A stretch of DNA of 64,000 bases from Malacoraja senta (GCA_038087875.1 CM075987.1:21082001-21146000), one strand, 5' to 3'. Counted from the first letter of the stretch, positions 39,803-51,745 are shown. The notes: generated by a model from the sequence alone, not told the origin. A program made the numbers and translations.

Positions 39803-40616
39803 GTGAGGTCATTGGGGGCGCTGCAAGTCGACTGCCCTGCCAGCTGCGTGTTCGTTCTTTCGACTTTTTTTTGTTTTTTTGGTGTGTCTAATGTTAGTTT
39901 AGGTGTCTCTTGGTGTGTCTTTGTGGGGGGTGGTGGGGGGGGGGGAAGGGGAAAAGGGGGGAACCACTTTTGGTCGCCTCCTCGACTCCTCCTCGATTTC
40001 CCGGAGTCGGGCCCGGAGCATCAGCAGCGGGCGTAGCGTGGACTTTTCCATCGCGGAGCGGGGAGAACCCTTGCCGGGGGTCGCCAGAGAGGAGTGCACC
40101 GATCACTGGCCTGGTGACTTTGGCATCATGGGGCTGTGGTCTGTAGAGCTTCTAGCCGCAGGCGTGGCATGGACTTACCATCCGGAGTCTGGGATCCCTT
40201 GCCGGGGATCGTCAGAGAAGAGTTCCGACCGCTGGTATGCGGCCAATAACATCCTGAAGCCGCGGTCTCCGGTAGGAAAGTGCCGATTCGGGACCTCCAA
40301 GCTGTGGAGTGTGTTTGACCGTCTCGACGTCAGAGTTTTGAACATCCCGACGAGAGAGCCTGTACATCCGGCCGTCCGTAGTGGCGACTACGGAGGGTTC
40401 ATGGCCCCGACCACGGGTGAACAAAGGAGGAGGACTGGCTGAAATTTGTTGCCTTCCACCACAGTGAAGAATGCTGTGGTGGATGTTTGTGTTAAATCTT
40501 ATTGTGTATTGTGTGTTCTTTTTAAGTGTATCGCTGCTGGCAAATTAATTTCACTGCACCTTCGGGTGCATGTGATGAATAAAATTGACTTTGACTTTGA
40601 CTTTTGACTTTGACTT
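39803..40616 (+). mobile_element. GC/CpG-rich SINE-like retroposon with Rex/Babar-type 3' end and (CTTTGA)n tail
   Basis: Interrupts the LINE reading frame and is flanked by tgttgt (39797-39802 / 40617-40622). Ends atttcactgcaccttcgggtgcatgtgatgaataaa + (ttgact)n. Confidence 0.8.
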
Positions 40617-40756
40617 TGTTGTCTGTCCGTCTAGATTTCACATACCTCCAAAAGGCCTTGGGTTGCTCACCCTCAAGAATAGAAGAAACATGTTGTCTTT
40701 GAGCACTCCTAATAGCACGATCGACTATTATGGGACTAGTATCCCTGGGACATATT

Positions 40757-41062
40757 TATTTATTTATTTTCAAAAAATGTATTCAATTATTAAAAAATAA
40801 TATTACACTACAATAAAACAAACCAGATCCCACCACAATAATACAATACAAACAAATATCCTTAATAAACAATTGTACAATTATCTTACACTCCTTGTCA
40901 AGGATGCATTCAACACCCTGCTGAGCCCAGCGGTCCCAGAACTCCCCCAGGGTGCCCCTGGACAGGGCGTATTCCCTTTCTAACCCCACCCGGGCACGGA
41001 CGTAACCCCGGAAAAGGGGCAGGCAGCCAGCTCGGGTAAAGCCCTCCACCGTCTGGCGCCAT
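40757..41062 (-). mobile_element. Tx1/L1-clade LINE 3' end with 12-bp target site duplication
   Basis: Minus ORF GCLPLFRGYVRARVGLEREYALSRGTLGEFWDRWA; (aaat)n tail; TSD ctgggacatatt at 40745-40756 and 41063-41074. Confidence 0.8.
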
Positions 41063-41409
41063 CTGGGACATATTGGCAGGCGTGGGCAAGTTGGGCCGAA
41101 GGGCCTGTTTCCACACTATATCACTATGACTCCAACCACCAGTTAAGGTCTGAACTACATAGACTTGGGGGCATTGATTTTGCCTTTTTGCATTATTATT
41201 GTTTGTTTGTGTGTGTGTGTGTATATACACACTAAACTTTTTTTTCTCAATACACAGCAGCATATGTAAACATAGTACTCTGTAAGCAATATAATAATTA
41301 TATTGCTTACGGAGTACTATGTTTACATATGCTGCTGTGTTGCTGCAAGTAGGACAACAAAACACTTGACTCCTGCGCTTTCAACTTTTAACTTGTCCCA
41401 TTACATTCA

Positions 41410-41800
41410 AAAGCGCTTCACCTATAGGATTTTTGTTTAAGTTAGTACCTGAGCCATGGCAACGTCGTCGTTGACAACCGGCGGGTTTCCCTCCCCCCCC
41501 CCCCCCCCCCCCCCCCCAGTGGCGGGTACGCAATGACGCCACGGGCAGTGCGTGGCCTCGTTTTGAGCGCAGTTTACCCCAAACATGGCGGGTGTCTCGG
41601 GCTGAGCGAGGGAGACAGAGTGGAGGCGGTTTCCATCTCAAGAAAGTTTTACCTCCAGCCCTTCCTCTCACCCCTGCCTCCACGAGGCGTGGGAAGAGAA
41701 ATATGAGTGAAGAGAAGCCGATGGGAACGGAGTCGGTCCGAAATAGTGCCCCATGAGGGACCTCAGAGGGTTCTCAATCACCCTTCCCCTCTGGGCTTCG
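41410..41800. promoter_or_regulatory. CpG-rich promoter region of ABL1 (1b isoform), possibly bidirectional
   Basis: CpG-dense non-repeat sequence 350-700 bp upstream of the ABL1 ATG. RFX half X-box ccatggcaac 41454-41463, poly-C 41493-41517, CRE-like tgacgcca 41534-41541, YY1-like aacatggcgg 41582-41591. Confidence 0.75.
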
Positions 41801-42130
41801 AACTTTCACCCCAATTCTGTGACTGACCCCATTGCCTGTGGCCCTTTTCGCCGTGCCCCCTCTCCCTGTACCCCTTTTATTATCTCACCTTGACCCCAAG
41901 TTTGTGATTTCTATCTGCACTTCATCCTATAACACCCAATGTACGCTCGCTCTGTTGCCTCATACCCCTGCTACCCGCACCACTACCTGAACTTACTCGC
42001 CACGACCAGTCCCAATCTTGTTCCTATGCCGAGAGGAATCCTACACCTCTCTGTTCCCTAGCCTTCTCGTATCCTATTTTCAGTTTTAAATGAGTTTTTT
42101 AAATTGCTTGGACCTGGAGTCGGTTAATTT

Positions 42131-42263
42131 ATGGGGCAACAACCAGGCAAAGTTCTTGCGGACCAAAGGAGGCCAACTTTAACGGCGCTGCAGTTTATCA
42201 AAGGAGGGAGGAGAGACGCATCCAAACATGGAGCTCAACATTTCAATGTTTTTGTGGAGCACG
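42131..42263 (+). CDS. ABL1: ABL1 tyrosine kinase first coding exon 1b (N-myristoylated cap); not in the ORF track
   Basis: [44 protein letters not shown] + G|gtaagg, 133 nt, phase 1. Recalled human 1b is [45 protein letters not shown]. Gly2 is conserved. Confidence 0.96.
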
Positions 42264-44854
42264 GTAAGGAGAAATCTCATGACTGGAGAAATAAGGTTTG
42301 ATGGCAAAGAGCTTGTCATCAATGTGTAATTTCAATGTTATACTTCACTGAATTATGAAACTTCTGCAAGTATTTTGATAAATGTAAACTCAATTCTACT
42401 TTTGATATTTATAAATTGGCACCACTGGTTGCAACTGACTCATATGATGTATGTATTCAGTCATTATTTATTGGATTTGCAGTTGTTGTTGTTGTTGTAA
42501 TTAGTTGGTTAAATGTGAATGTAAAGGTATTTAAGTTATATTACTTGAACTCCAAACTGGGTAAACTTATTTTGTGTTGCCAGTGAGTCTTCCATTGCTA
42601 CCTAAAACGTTTTAATCAGCATAACAGTCTTGGGTCTAATAAAACAAAAGCTTACATTATCATAGTGTCTTCCATATGGTAGGATGTTCCAAACCATTTT
42701 ACAATCTATAGAGAAGTTGTAGTTTTGATGATTAGTGATGAAGGAAATGTAGTAGTCAATTTCTACAAATGCTTTTCAAAATACTATCATGATAACGACC
42801 GTGTAATCTATTGTACGTGTGTTGGCTGAGAGTAATTTCTTGTGCAGAACATGGTTTTGCCTCGAGGCAGTGCAACTACATTGGCTAGAAGGTGGCATAT
42901 TCAAAGATTACTGAAGCCTGGCTTCCAGCAAGTACTTTCACAGTTATCTTCTTTATGTAATTACCAAGATCTGAAAGGAAACATTCAATTTAATTTTATT
43001 CCAATTGAGTTGAGCCATATCTCAGTCATTGCAAAAGAGATAATTTGAAGCAAAACAATTGGCTGTGACCCTTTTATTCTATGCTAGTATTTGTGTCCCA
43101 CAGACGCGTCTTCATGAGATGACATGCGTCTATATGTCATCTCACCTTCTCAATGTATCCCTTCGTGATTTTCTTCTTTGTTCTAATCTTCAGCTTTCTC
43201 TAAAAGCATTTGTTCATCCCAGCAACCTGTTCCCAAGTTCCATGTTTTATCCTCTTTATGTGATGAATTTTCTCCTTAATTACGTTTGATTTATTACAAC
43301 ATCAAATGCAAAGTTGATGGCTCTTTTATTCATGGCATTTAATTGTCTCCCCAATATGCTGAAGTATATTTTCCCTTCATATTCAATTCTATTCATAATC
43401 TTTCAATACCTTGCATTGGAGTCACCATTTGAACAATCAGCAGTAACACCATACAGGTGTGACAAAATTACGAGTAGGATTTGGGGTCCACAGAGAAAAT
43501 TTAAACCACGACAAAAATGGGGACTTAAAACGATCGGCAATAGATTTTAGATTTCTCCCTATTCTGTCAAAAATGTTGGGATATTTTCTTTCCTGGAAAA
43601 GTAATGCTTTATTTCAGCATTGTGAAATTCTCATCAAATTCTGGAAGGCAGGTGGAACCAACTTTACTTATTGGTGAATTTATAACAAAAAGCAACAAAA
43701 GTGAAACATGACAAAGTTCAGTTGCAGAGTGTGGTGATTGAATTCAGACTGAACAATGACTTTATGCACTTGTGGATTTTGAAGTTAATTCATTTTTGTT
43801 TAAAGTACCCGGTTGGCTTAATTCCCATAAACAGTAAACCATATCTGTCATTACACCCAAGTTGTTGAAGCTCATGTTTGATTATTTTAAGGATTGAATG
43901 CATCCTTGAGCGGCACATTCTATGAACCTGCACAGGGAGAGGGCAGCACAGTGGCAAAGCAATTGATGCTGATGCCCCATAGCTTTGTAACAGTTCTGAC
44001 TTCTGGTGACCTCAGTGTGGGTTTTGCATGTTTTACCTGTGGCCACATAGGTTTACCCCTTCCCAAGTGATGCTCTGGTTTGTTCCTGAATCCAAACATA
44101 TATTCTAGTTAATTGGTACTTAAATGTTTTTTTGGCATAGGTTGGCAGAATTGTGGGGAAGGAGGAGGGTGGTAGCGGCATAATCGATGGGCATGTGAGA
44201 GAGTAGGTACAAGGAACTGCACGTGATGGTTTATAAAAAGAGATAAAGTGCTCCTAACCTGCTGAGTTACTCCAGCACCGTGTCTTGGTATGTGAGAGAG
44301 AATGGGTAATAGGGAAATGAGTGCACCAACAGGATTGATGGGGTCATTCTGAGAGCTGGTACACTTGAAAGGCTGAATCCCCTCCTGTGTCATTTCAGAA
44401 GTGTGGCAGGCATAGACATAACAATGGACAAGGAGATTATTGTTGGTATGTTACTGGCTTTGAAAGAATTGTGATGTCTTGCTGCTGATTAACCACTGTA
44501 CCATTTAGAGGATTGTATTGTGCAAAGTACAGTGCTTGGGGAACTCAGTGGGCCAGGCAGCATCTTTTCGAGCATTGTATTATAGGTTTACCTAGAGTTA
44601 CCTAGAATTCCATCTGCCAGACGAACTTCTGTTTTCAAGACCCTACAGATATGCTAAACATGGATAAATTGTGAACTTTGTTTTGGGATATGTGAACCTG
44701 AATGCTTATAAAATTTTTACTGTTCCTATTAAATGATACATTCCAGCTCCTCCCCTTTAAGTGTTTTGTTGAGCAGGGAGCACCTAGTTTTGGAGGAGCT
44801 CATGTCATAAGTATAATAATACAACACAACACAACTGACTTGATATTTACCTTA

Positions 44855-45075
44855 AACAAAAGTGCTGGAGGAACTCCGCGGGTCAGATAGCATTTGTGGA
44901 AATAATTCTATGGGCTACGTTTTGTGCCAGAACCCTTCTTTGGGCTGTGGAAGGTTCCCAACCTGAAATATCACCTGAACACTCCCACCACTAACACTGC
45001 CTGACCCACTGATTTTTTCTTTTCCCAAAACTTAGTGTTTTGATCACGATTCCAGCATCTACAGTTTCTTGTGTA
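44855..45075. mobile_element. Old fold-back pair of Penelope-derived units
   Basis: aaagtgctggaggaactccgcgggtcag...cccttctt then gaaggttcccaacctgaaatatcacc...ctgacccactga...ccagcatctacagtt. Confidence 0.65.
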
Positions 45076-45564
45076 GATGTTTATCCTTTTGGCTTTTTGT
45101 GTTAGTCATCTGCTATAAAGTAAAACTGAGCTTGACTGAATGATAATGTTGCTTATAAAGACTACCTCACAAATGATGAGATTCACATAATTTAAGATAT
45201 TAACTTTGATGTAATGTGATTATAAAGCTGAATGGAGCTGATTGCATATCACTGGGTAAAATCACAATGATATGGGTTTGAAAATGGGATTTCAAAAGAA
45301 CAAAATTGAGAACAGTAGATCTTCAGTCAATTATATTAAGGGATATGGAGCCAAATTGGGTAGACGGTGTTGAGAAATATCAATCAACCATTATTGAATG
45401 GTAGAATGTTTGAATGGCCTTTTTATGTTAATGGACACAATGCGGTTTTGAGGGATTTTAGATAAAAATGCTGTGGTTTACTAACTTGTGAAATATTTAT
45501 TGGTGCACCCTGCGGACCAAAAGCTGATTGTGAACAGTAGTTTCACCCTCCAGTTCCAACAGAC

Positions 45565-45752
45565 TCATGCGACAAGTGCCACATATTCCCCTGTTCAGGT
45601 GCATTAAACATATCTTTCCAAGATCTGCAGTATCCTTGAGTTAATGGAACTACAACAGTCATGCGACAAGTGCCACATATTCCCCTGTTCAGGTGCATTA
45701 AACATATCTTTCCAAGATCTGCAGTATCCTTGAGTTAATGGAACTATAACAG
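45565..45752. repeat. Two-copy 94-bp tandem duplication
   Basis: Units start at 45565 and 45659 and differ by one substitution (tacaac/tataac). Confidence 0.95.
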
Positions 45753-46499
45753 TAAGAGGTTTTTCAAAATAGAGATCTTAGATCTTAAAAGCCACACAGT
45801 GGTCCTATTATCTTCATGAATTAGATAAAGTAGGATGCTGAGCTTTAGAAAACAAAGTGCTTCCTGTTTTAAAATGTATATAAATGCTCAAGCCCACAGT
45901 TTTGATCTTTGACGGAAAATGAATATAGTCTAAATTGTAAGAATGAAAGCTAAAGTGCATGGATGATGGGAAGAAAATGGGCTTTTGCAGTACAAGGTTA
46001 CTTTTACTAAACTCGTTAATATTGAAATTGTATATTTCTATCCAGCCTATCCAAGACTGATTTCAAAAGAAAGGTTACATTAAAATCATCTTCTTGGGGC
46101 ACCACCAAGTTTCAACCTGATCAAAAAAGTACTTCCTGTTACTCTAGAAGAAATGTCAATGCTGGAAAAGGAGGCTCTTGTCCCTGTTGTTCTTCAGTTT
46201 TGTGAATACCATGCGTCAGGCTACCTATAATAGCTCCTTTATATCTGTAATCGTGTGAACTTGCACTTTGTTAATAAGCAGCCCCAACTGCCAGATTACA
46301 TGAGGTTGAGGTTTGGATGACCTCTCGCCCATATAGTGGCCTCCCTCTGCTCCCATCTCTTTCTGTGAGTGGATTTCTTTCAATGTTTGTACTTGTGTGA
46401 TTAATCATTTTTATTCTGCTGGTTTTAATTTGTAAATGTTGTACACAGTAGCCAGGGAAAGTTCCTTGACACTGAGTAATCAAAGGAAATCCCACTGGA

Positions 46500-46945
46500 G
46501 TCATGGAATCATAGCACTGTACAGCACAGAAACAGTCCCTTCAGTCCACTTTGTCCATGCCGAGCAAGTTGGCATATTGAGCTATTCCTATGTGCCTACA
46601 TTTGACCAATATCGCTCCCAGCCCCTCCTCCCCCTATATCGGTTCAAATGTCTTGTAAAATTTGTAATTGTATTGTTCCTGTTGCTTCCTCTGGCAGCTC
46701 ATTCCAGATATGGACAACACTGAGTGAAAGTTTCTCCTGTGGTTCCTCTTAAATCTCTCCCCTCTCACTTTCAGCCTATGCCCTCTAGTTTTAGAAAGCT
46801 CCACACTGGAAAAGGACTGAGCATTCACTTTATCCAGGCTCTTCATGATCATGTACATCTCAATAAGGCCACCCCTCTGCCTCCCAATTTCAAAGAAAAA
46901 TGTCCCAGTCTGTCCAACCTCTCTATAAACTCAAGCCCAGCAAAC
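46500..46945 (-). mobile_element. CR1 3' fragment
   Basis: Minus ORF YMIMKSLDKVNAQS...SKTRGHRLKVRGERFK plus 3' UTR. Confidence 0.8.
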
Positions 46946-48184
46946 ATCTGGATGGTTCTCTTTTTCACTAGAAACACTTAATGCAAAATCGGTATCGAAG
47001 TAGTTTTTATTTTTATTTTCAAACTTCATGGCATTGGAAGGTTGTAATTCTTTGTGAAAGGACTTTTATGAGCTTTATTTTGCATTTTTACAAAACTGAA
47101 CAGTTGTCCACTCTGGCAAAATACTTTCCTTAATTTCTGGTTGGATTTATTAGTGATCATCTTATGTTTATAACCTAAAAAACCAATTTGTCATTACAAT
47201 CAAAATCCTATTATTTGTCTGAAAGATCAGAATAGAAATGTAGGCATCCATTATGGTATGAGCAGCTTTGTAAATAAACAAAATTCTTTGCAGGCACTGT
47301 TTGCCTTCACAAAAACTATCTTCTGTTTATGACTACTCGGTGATCTTGTAGATTTTTAACAGGCATTCTTTAAACATTCTCTCCCACCCACTCACCACAA
47401 ACACTTTTCTTATACAAGTAATGAGGAGCAGACCCGTTCCAAAGTATGTGGATTACATTTGCCAGATCTCATTTTTCTGTGTACAAAGTATTGTGCATTT
47501 CCTGGTCACGCCAGCTGAATGACAAGATACTACTGTTATCTTGGAAAGCTGAATAGAGTTGTTAACTCAATGAGCAAAGTAAGGAATATTTTAGATTTGG
47601 TGCTCTACATTTTGGTATTTAGTTTTGTAATGATATCTAAAAAACTGCAAACCTGTTTTGTTAATATTCAAAGAATGTTTATACTGGAGTAATTACAGTG
47701 ACATTTTTTATTGCTGTGCAGTTTTTTGAAAAGAAAAATTGCAGTGCCAAAGAACTGAAAATAGGCATAAATTAGCACTGACAAATCAGCCGAGTGTTGG
47801 GATTGAGAATGGAAAGGATTTTGGTATGTTTTTTGTATTGTTAATCTTGGGTGACAAATCTCTGTTGACCAGCTATGTGTTTTTACAATCTAGAAACACC
47901 TTGAACAGTGATGTTAAAAAAGGATACTGCTGCAATAATGCGTAGATCAAAGAATTGTATGGCAAAAACAAAGATTACTAGCTACATTTTGTCTATATTT
48001 GGTCATTGAAACTGCTATCCATTTTGTCCCTAATCTGCACATCTTATGCCTAACAGATCAATATATTGGGACATTAATGATTGCTCAGTGTTAGCCATCA
48101 ATTTTTTAAAATGTTTTCAGGGTTCTTTTTAATCCATCTATGTTGATTTGAAATGAAAAACTGTTTAAATTTCCCATTGAAGAT

Positions 48185-48985
48185 GTTTGGAGAGTGAACT
48201 GGTGGCAAGGCAGAGAAGATTGTGATTGACTTCAGGAAGTGAAGCAGTACACACACCCCAGTATGCATTGATGGTGTTGAAGTAGAAATGGTCAAAACCT
48301 TCAGGTTCTTCGGAATAAATATCACCAGCAATTTGCCCTGGACCACCCACATCAAAGCTATGGCCAAGAAAGCACACCAACACCTCTACTTCCCTAGAAG
48401 GCTTAGGACGCTTGGCATGCCCCCAACAATCCTCACCAACCTTTACAGATGTGCCGTAGAAAGCATTTTATCGGGATTCATCACAGCATGGTGTGGGAAC
48501 AGTTCCACCCAAGACCGCAAGAAATTGTAGATTTGTGGATGTAGCCCAAACGATCACACAAACCAACCTCCCTTTCATTGACTCTATTTTATGCCTCAGC
48601 AAGACCAGCAGCATAATCAAGGACGAGTTGTACCCTGGCCATGCCCTCCTCTCCCCTCTCCCATCAGGCAAGTGGTACAGAAGTTTGAAAATGCACACCT
48701 CGCGGTTCAGTGGCAATTTCTTTCCGGCTGTTATCATGCAACTGAACCAACCTCTCACATGCTAGAGTCCCGTCCTGACCTCCGATCTACTTCATTGGAT
48801 ACCTTTGAACTATCTTTTATCAGACTTTATCTCGCACTAAATGTTGTATCCTTTATCCTGCATTTGTACATTGTGGAGGGCTTCATTGTAACCATGCAGT
48901 GTCTTCTTTTTTTGACTAGATAGCACACAGTGAAAAACGTTTAACTGTAACTCGGTACACATGACAATAATATACAAATCTAAAC
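48185..48985 (+). mobile_element. Rex1/Babar-type LINE 3' part
   Basis: IVIDFRK, FRFFGINITSNLPWTTHIKAMAKKAHQHLYFPRRLR, YRCAVESIL, SSIIKD..PGHALLSPLPSG; terminus ...ggtacacatgacaataa. Confidence 0.85.
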
Positions 48986-51354
48986 TTTTGCCAACCCACC
49001 AGAGCTATTTCCAAGCCTCAAGCTCAGGCTTTATCTATTTGTGGTGTCTTCAGTTTAGGGTGCGATTGCAGCCCTCATTTGCTGCCATATTAAAAAAGGT
49101 TAAAATGTGGCATTATCATAATGAAGTCATTCATCCGTTGGCACAATCCCATCTCCCTGCAGCACAACCCTCTCGAGTCCCATTCGTCCATATAGTTCAC
49201 CATATCAGCTTGTTGTCTCTCAGGTGCCCCTAAATTCCCCCTTGATTCCTGTGCTACTTTTAACTTAGTCAATTAACCAACCAGCATGTCTCTGGGATAT
49301 GGGACAAAACGGGAAAATCTTGGTTTCGGGGAGAAATGTCACAGACACCATCCAAGGTCAGGATTGTCTCCATGTCACGGTATCATTCAGAATTGCTAGT
49401 GTAAGCTGGTGAGATTTGGCTCAATTGTCCAGATCTTTGATAAGAAATTGAAAAAAATTATAGATCAACGTCAAAAATAAATGAAAGTAGAAAGTTGTCG
49501 TATTTCTTCAGCTCACCAAGCTCCAGAGTATGCTGTCACACTTTCCCCTTTGCATCTCCTCTATTTCTCTTGCCTCCTCCTCCTTTGCACTATGTCATGG
49601 ACACAAACAGTTGTCTGCTGTCAGTATTTGTTGAGAATGTTGGAAAATCAGAGTTAGGAAAGGTAGTGAAATGGCATATTGCAGCTGTATTGTCATTCAG
49701 AAGAGTTTTGTGATTACATTCAGGAAATATAACATCAAGTTTATCCACAGGATGTGCCTATGGTTTGTGGTGTTTTAACACACAACCTCTGTAAATCCCT
49801 CGTATTTGTGAATGTGTAATTGAAAAACAGCCTAACAGGAGCTGAATACATGCCATGGGAATTGGAGCAGCATTGGTGTTAAATTCAGAATTTCTTAATG
49901 TTTATGATTTCCCCCCCTCCTATCGGAGACAGTTTTTCTTTTTCTTCCCACCATTCTCTTCCCCAAGTACCTCTGCTTTCTTCCTAATGCACATCCTCTT
50001 CCCCCCCCCTCCAACCTACCACAATTTTGATGAAAAAGCAGTGGAGTTGTCCTCCGTGACCCAATAAATTCTTATCCCTGCCAAAAGCACTGTCACCAAA
50101 AGTATAAGAAAATGACCAGAGAATCAGTGATATGTGGCTCGTTACAGTGTGCAAATGGACCACTACTTTTCATAATTATACATTGTTGGTTGTGAAACAT
50201 TTTGAACAATAATGTGTGTCAGCAGGACACTGTTAAAATGTGGCTTTTATTTCTTTCCTTGTATATGGAGAATAGAACTGGTTGACCTTTAGTCCAAATA
50301 AATTTGCACTGCTGGTGACATCATTTGGACAAAATAACCAGTGATCACCCCCTCAATAAGTGGTATTGACAGCACTGAATACTACCTGTCATTGATCCCT
50401 AGTGCTGTACAAAATAAACCCATTAAGGACGTGAAAATACTTTGTTAATATATATAGAATTTCATATCATTATAAAGACGTTATTCATTTTATGGTTCTG
50501 ATGTTTTATATTTTCCCTGTGTATCCAAGCATGGTGCCTTGGTACAATTTTATTTTTAATTGTATGTTTTCTGCTTTTATTTTTTTTTCGTGGTGTACCG
50601 TAGTGTCAACATGACAGTTATGTTTTACTCAATATATTGTACTGTGCAATGCCATCTTTCAAAGCACATCTGTAATTGCCCTTAGAAAGGTGATGATAAG
50701 CCAGCTTCCTGAATTTGTCTAGTTTTCCCAACGGAAATTCCATACGCTGGGCATTCTGTTGAAGCTGGACCCCAGAGTACAGTAAACAATTATAGCTGGA
50801 GACACCTAAGCATTACACACAGTGCATAATAAAGCTGAGGTGGATTCGCAGTTAGAGCTGGCAGAGACAGATTGATAGGACTTTTCAACCTCAAATAGGG
50901 GAGAGCTCAGCTGATTGACTCCGTGTAAAAGAGCAAGAAGCAATAGGTTTTCTGCTCTCAATTCATATTAGGAAGGAATGCTCAACGAGAGTTTATTTTA
51001 CCAAGGAGAAGGATTGACGGTTTTAATTTAAAGTGCAAGATGCCTTTTAAAAAAAATTAATAACTTTGGATTTTAAAAATTTAATTCTTTGTCTAGATCC
51101 CGTAATTGCTGCTCTTGTAATTCAATAATTGTGATTGGAAATACTTAAATACTGCAAACACAGCTGCGGAATTAATGGTGGCATGTCAGTGAATGTTAAA
51201 CTTAGCATACACATTTTTGTTTATAACTCAGTGCTTCAGTGGCATCCCATACAAGTGGCAGCAGATTCATTTAAAAAATTTTAATGACAATTATTTTAAT
51301 GGAAGGGACTGTTCCAGTCCTTTTATGCAGCATGTTTTCTTTTATAAGTGTAGG

Positions 51355-51745
51355 ATAGAACTGCAGATGCTGGTTTAAATCGAAGGTAGACACCAAATGC
51401 TGGAGTAACTCAGCGGGACGGGCAGCATCTCTGGAGAGAAGGAATGGGTGATGTTTCCGGTCGAGACCCTTCAGACTGATGTCAGGGGAGTGGGTGGGGG
51501 ACAAAGATAGATGTCAGGGGAGTGGGCGGGACAAAGATAGAATGTAGTTGGAGACAGTAAGACTGGTGGGAGAACTGGGAAGAGGGAGGGGATGGAGAGA
51601 GGGGGAAAGCACGGGCTATTTGATGTTAGCACGGGGTATTTGAAGTCAATGTTCATACAGCTGGGGTGTAAGCTATCCCTCTCTCTCCATCCTTCCCAGT
51701 TCTCCCACCAGTCTTACTGTTTCCAACTACATTCTATCTTTGTTT
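51355..51745 (-). mobile_element. Penelope-like 3' end with inverted duplication of its UTR
   Basis: Unit 51355-51480 and purine-rich UTR (with a ~31-bp internal repeat). 51675-51743 is the reverse complement of 51531-51604. Confidence 0.8.

Larger units (their letters stand above)
37930..40730 (-). mobile_element. CR1-group LINE of invertebrate-like type (RT domain), 5' truncated
   Basis: Minus ORFs 39015-39812 and 38325-38981 (GPDQI, RPVSLTSTCCKLLEH, QHAFR, SCESQL, SKAFD, FADDCLLY, WDPY, SVTKLLNSLGW). Upstream piece PKAFWRYVKSRRTDN at 40620-40730. aagaagaa tail near 37930. Confidence 0.88.
37065..41131 (+). mobile_element. Vertebrate-type CR1 3' part, its 3' UTR split by nested insertions
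   Basis: ORF 37069-37842 (FADDTK, LQQDL, FNTDKC, VRPHLEYCVQFW). The UTR breaks at 37930 (gcaggcaggt), resumes at 40731 (gggactagt) and 41063, and ends ...gggcctgtttccacactatatcactatgact. Confidence 0.88.

Noticed and set aside
39803..40442. Several overlapping ORFs in GC-rich sequence (also 57378-58299)
   Set aside because: Expected in GC-rich repeats; no recognisable domain, and they lie within SINE-like elements.
24334..41400. Searched by eye for EXOSC2, QRFP and FIBCD1 exons 6-7
   Set aside because: No convincing match seen; short or divergent exons could have been missed.
50740..51050. Possible intronic enhancer (gtaaacaa forkhead-like site)
   Set aside because: Single short motifs are expected by chance, and conservation cannot be assessed here.
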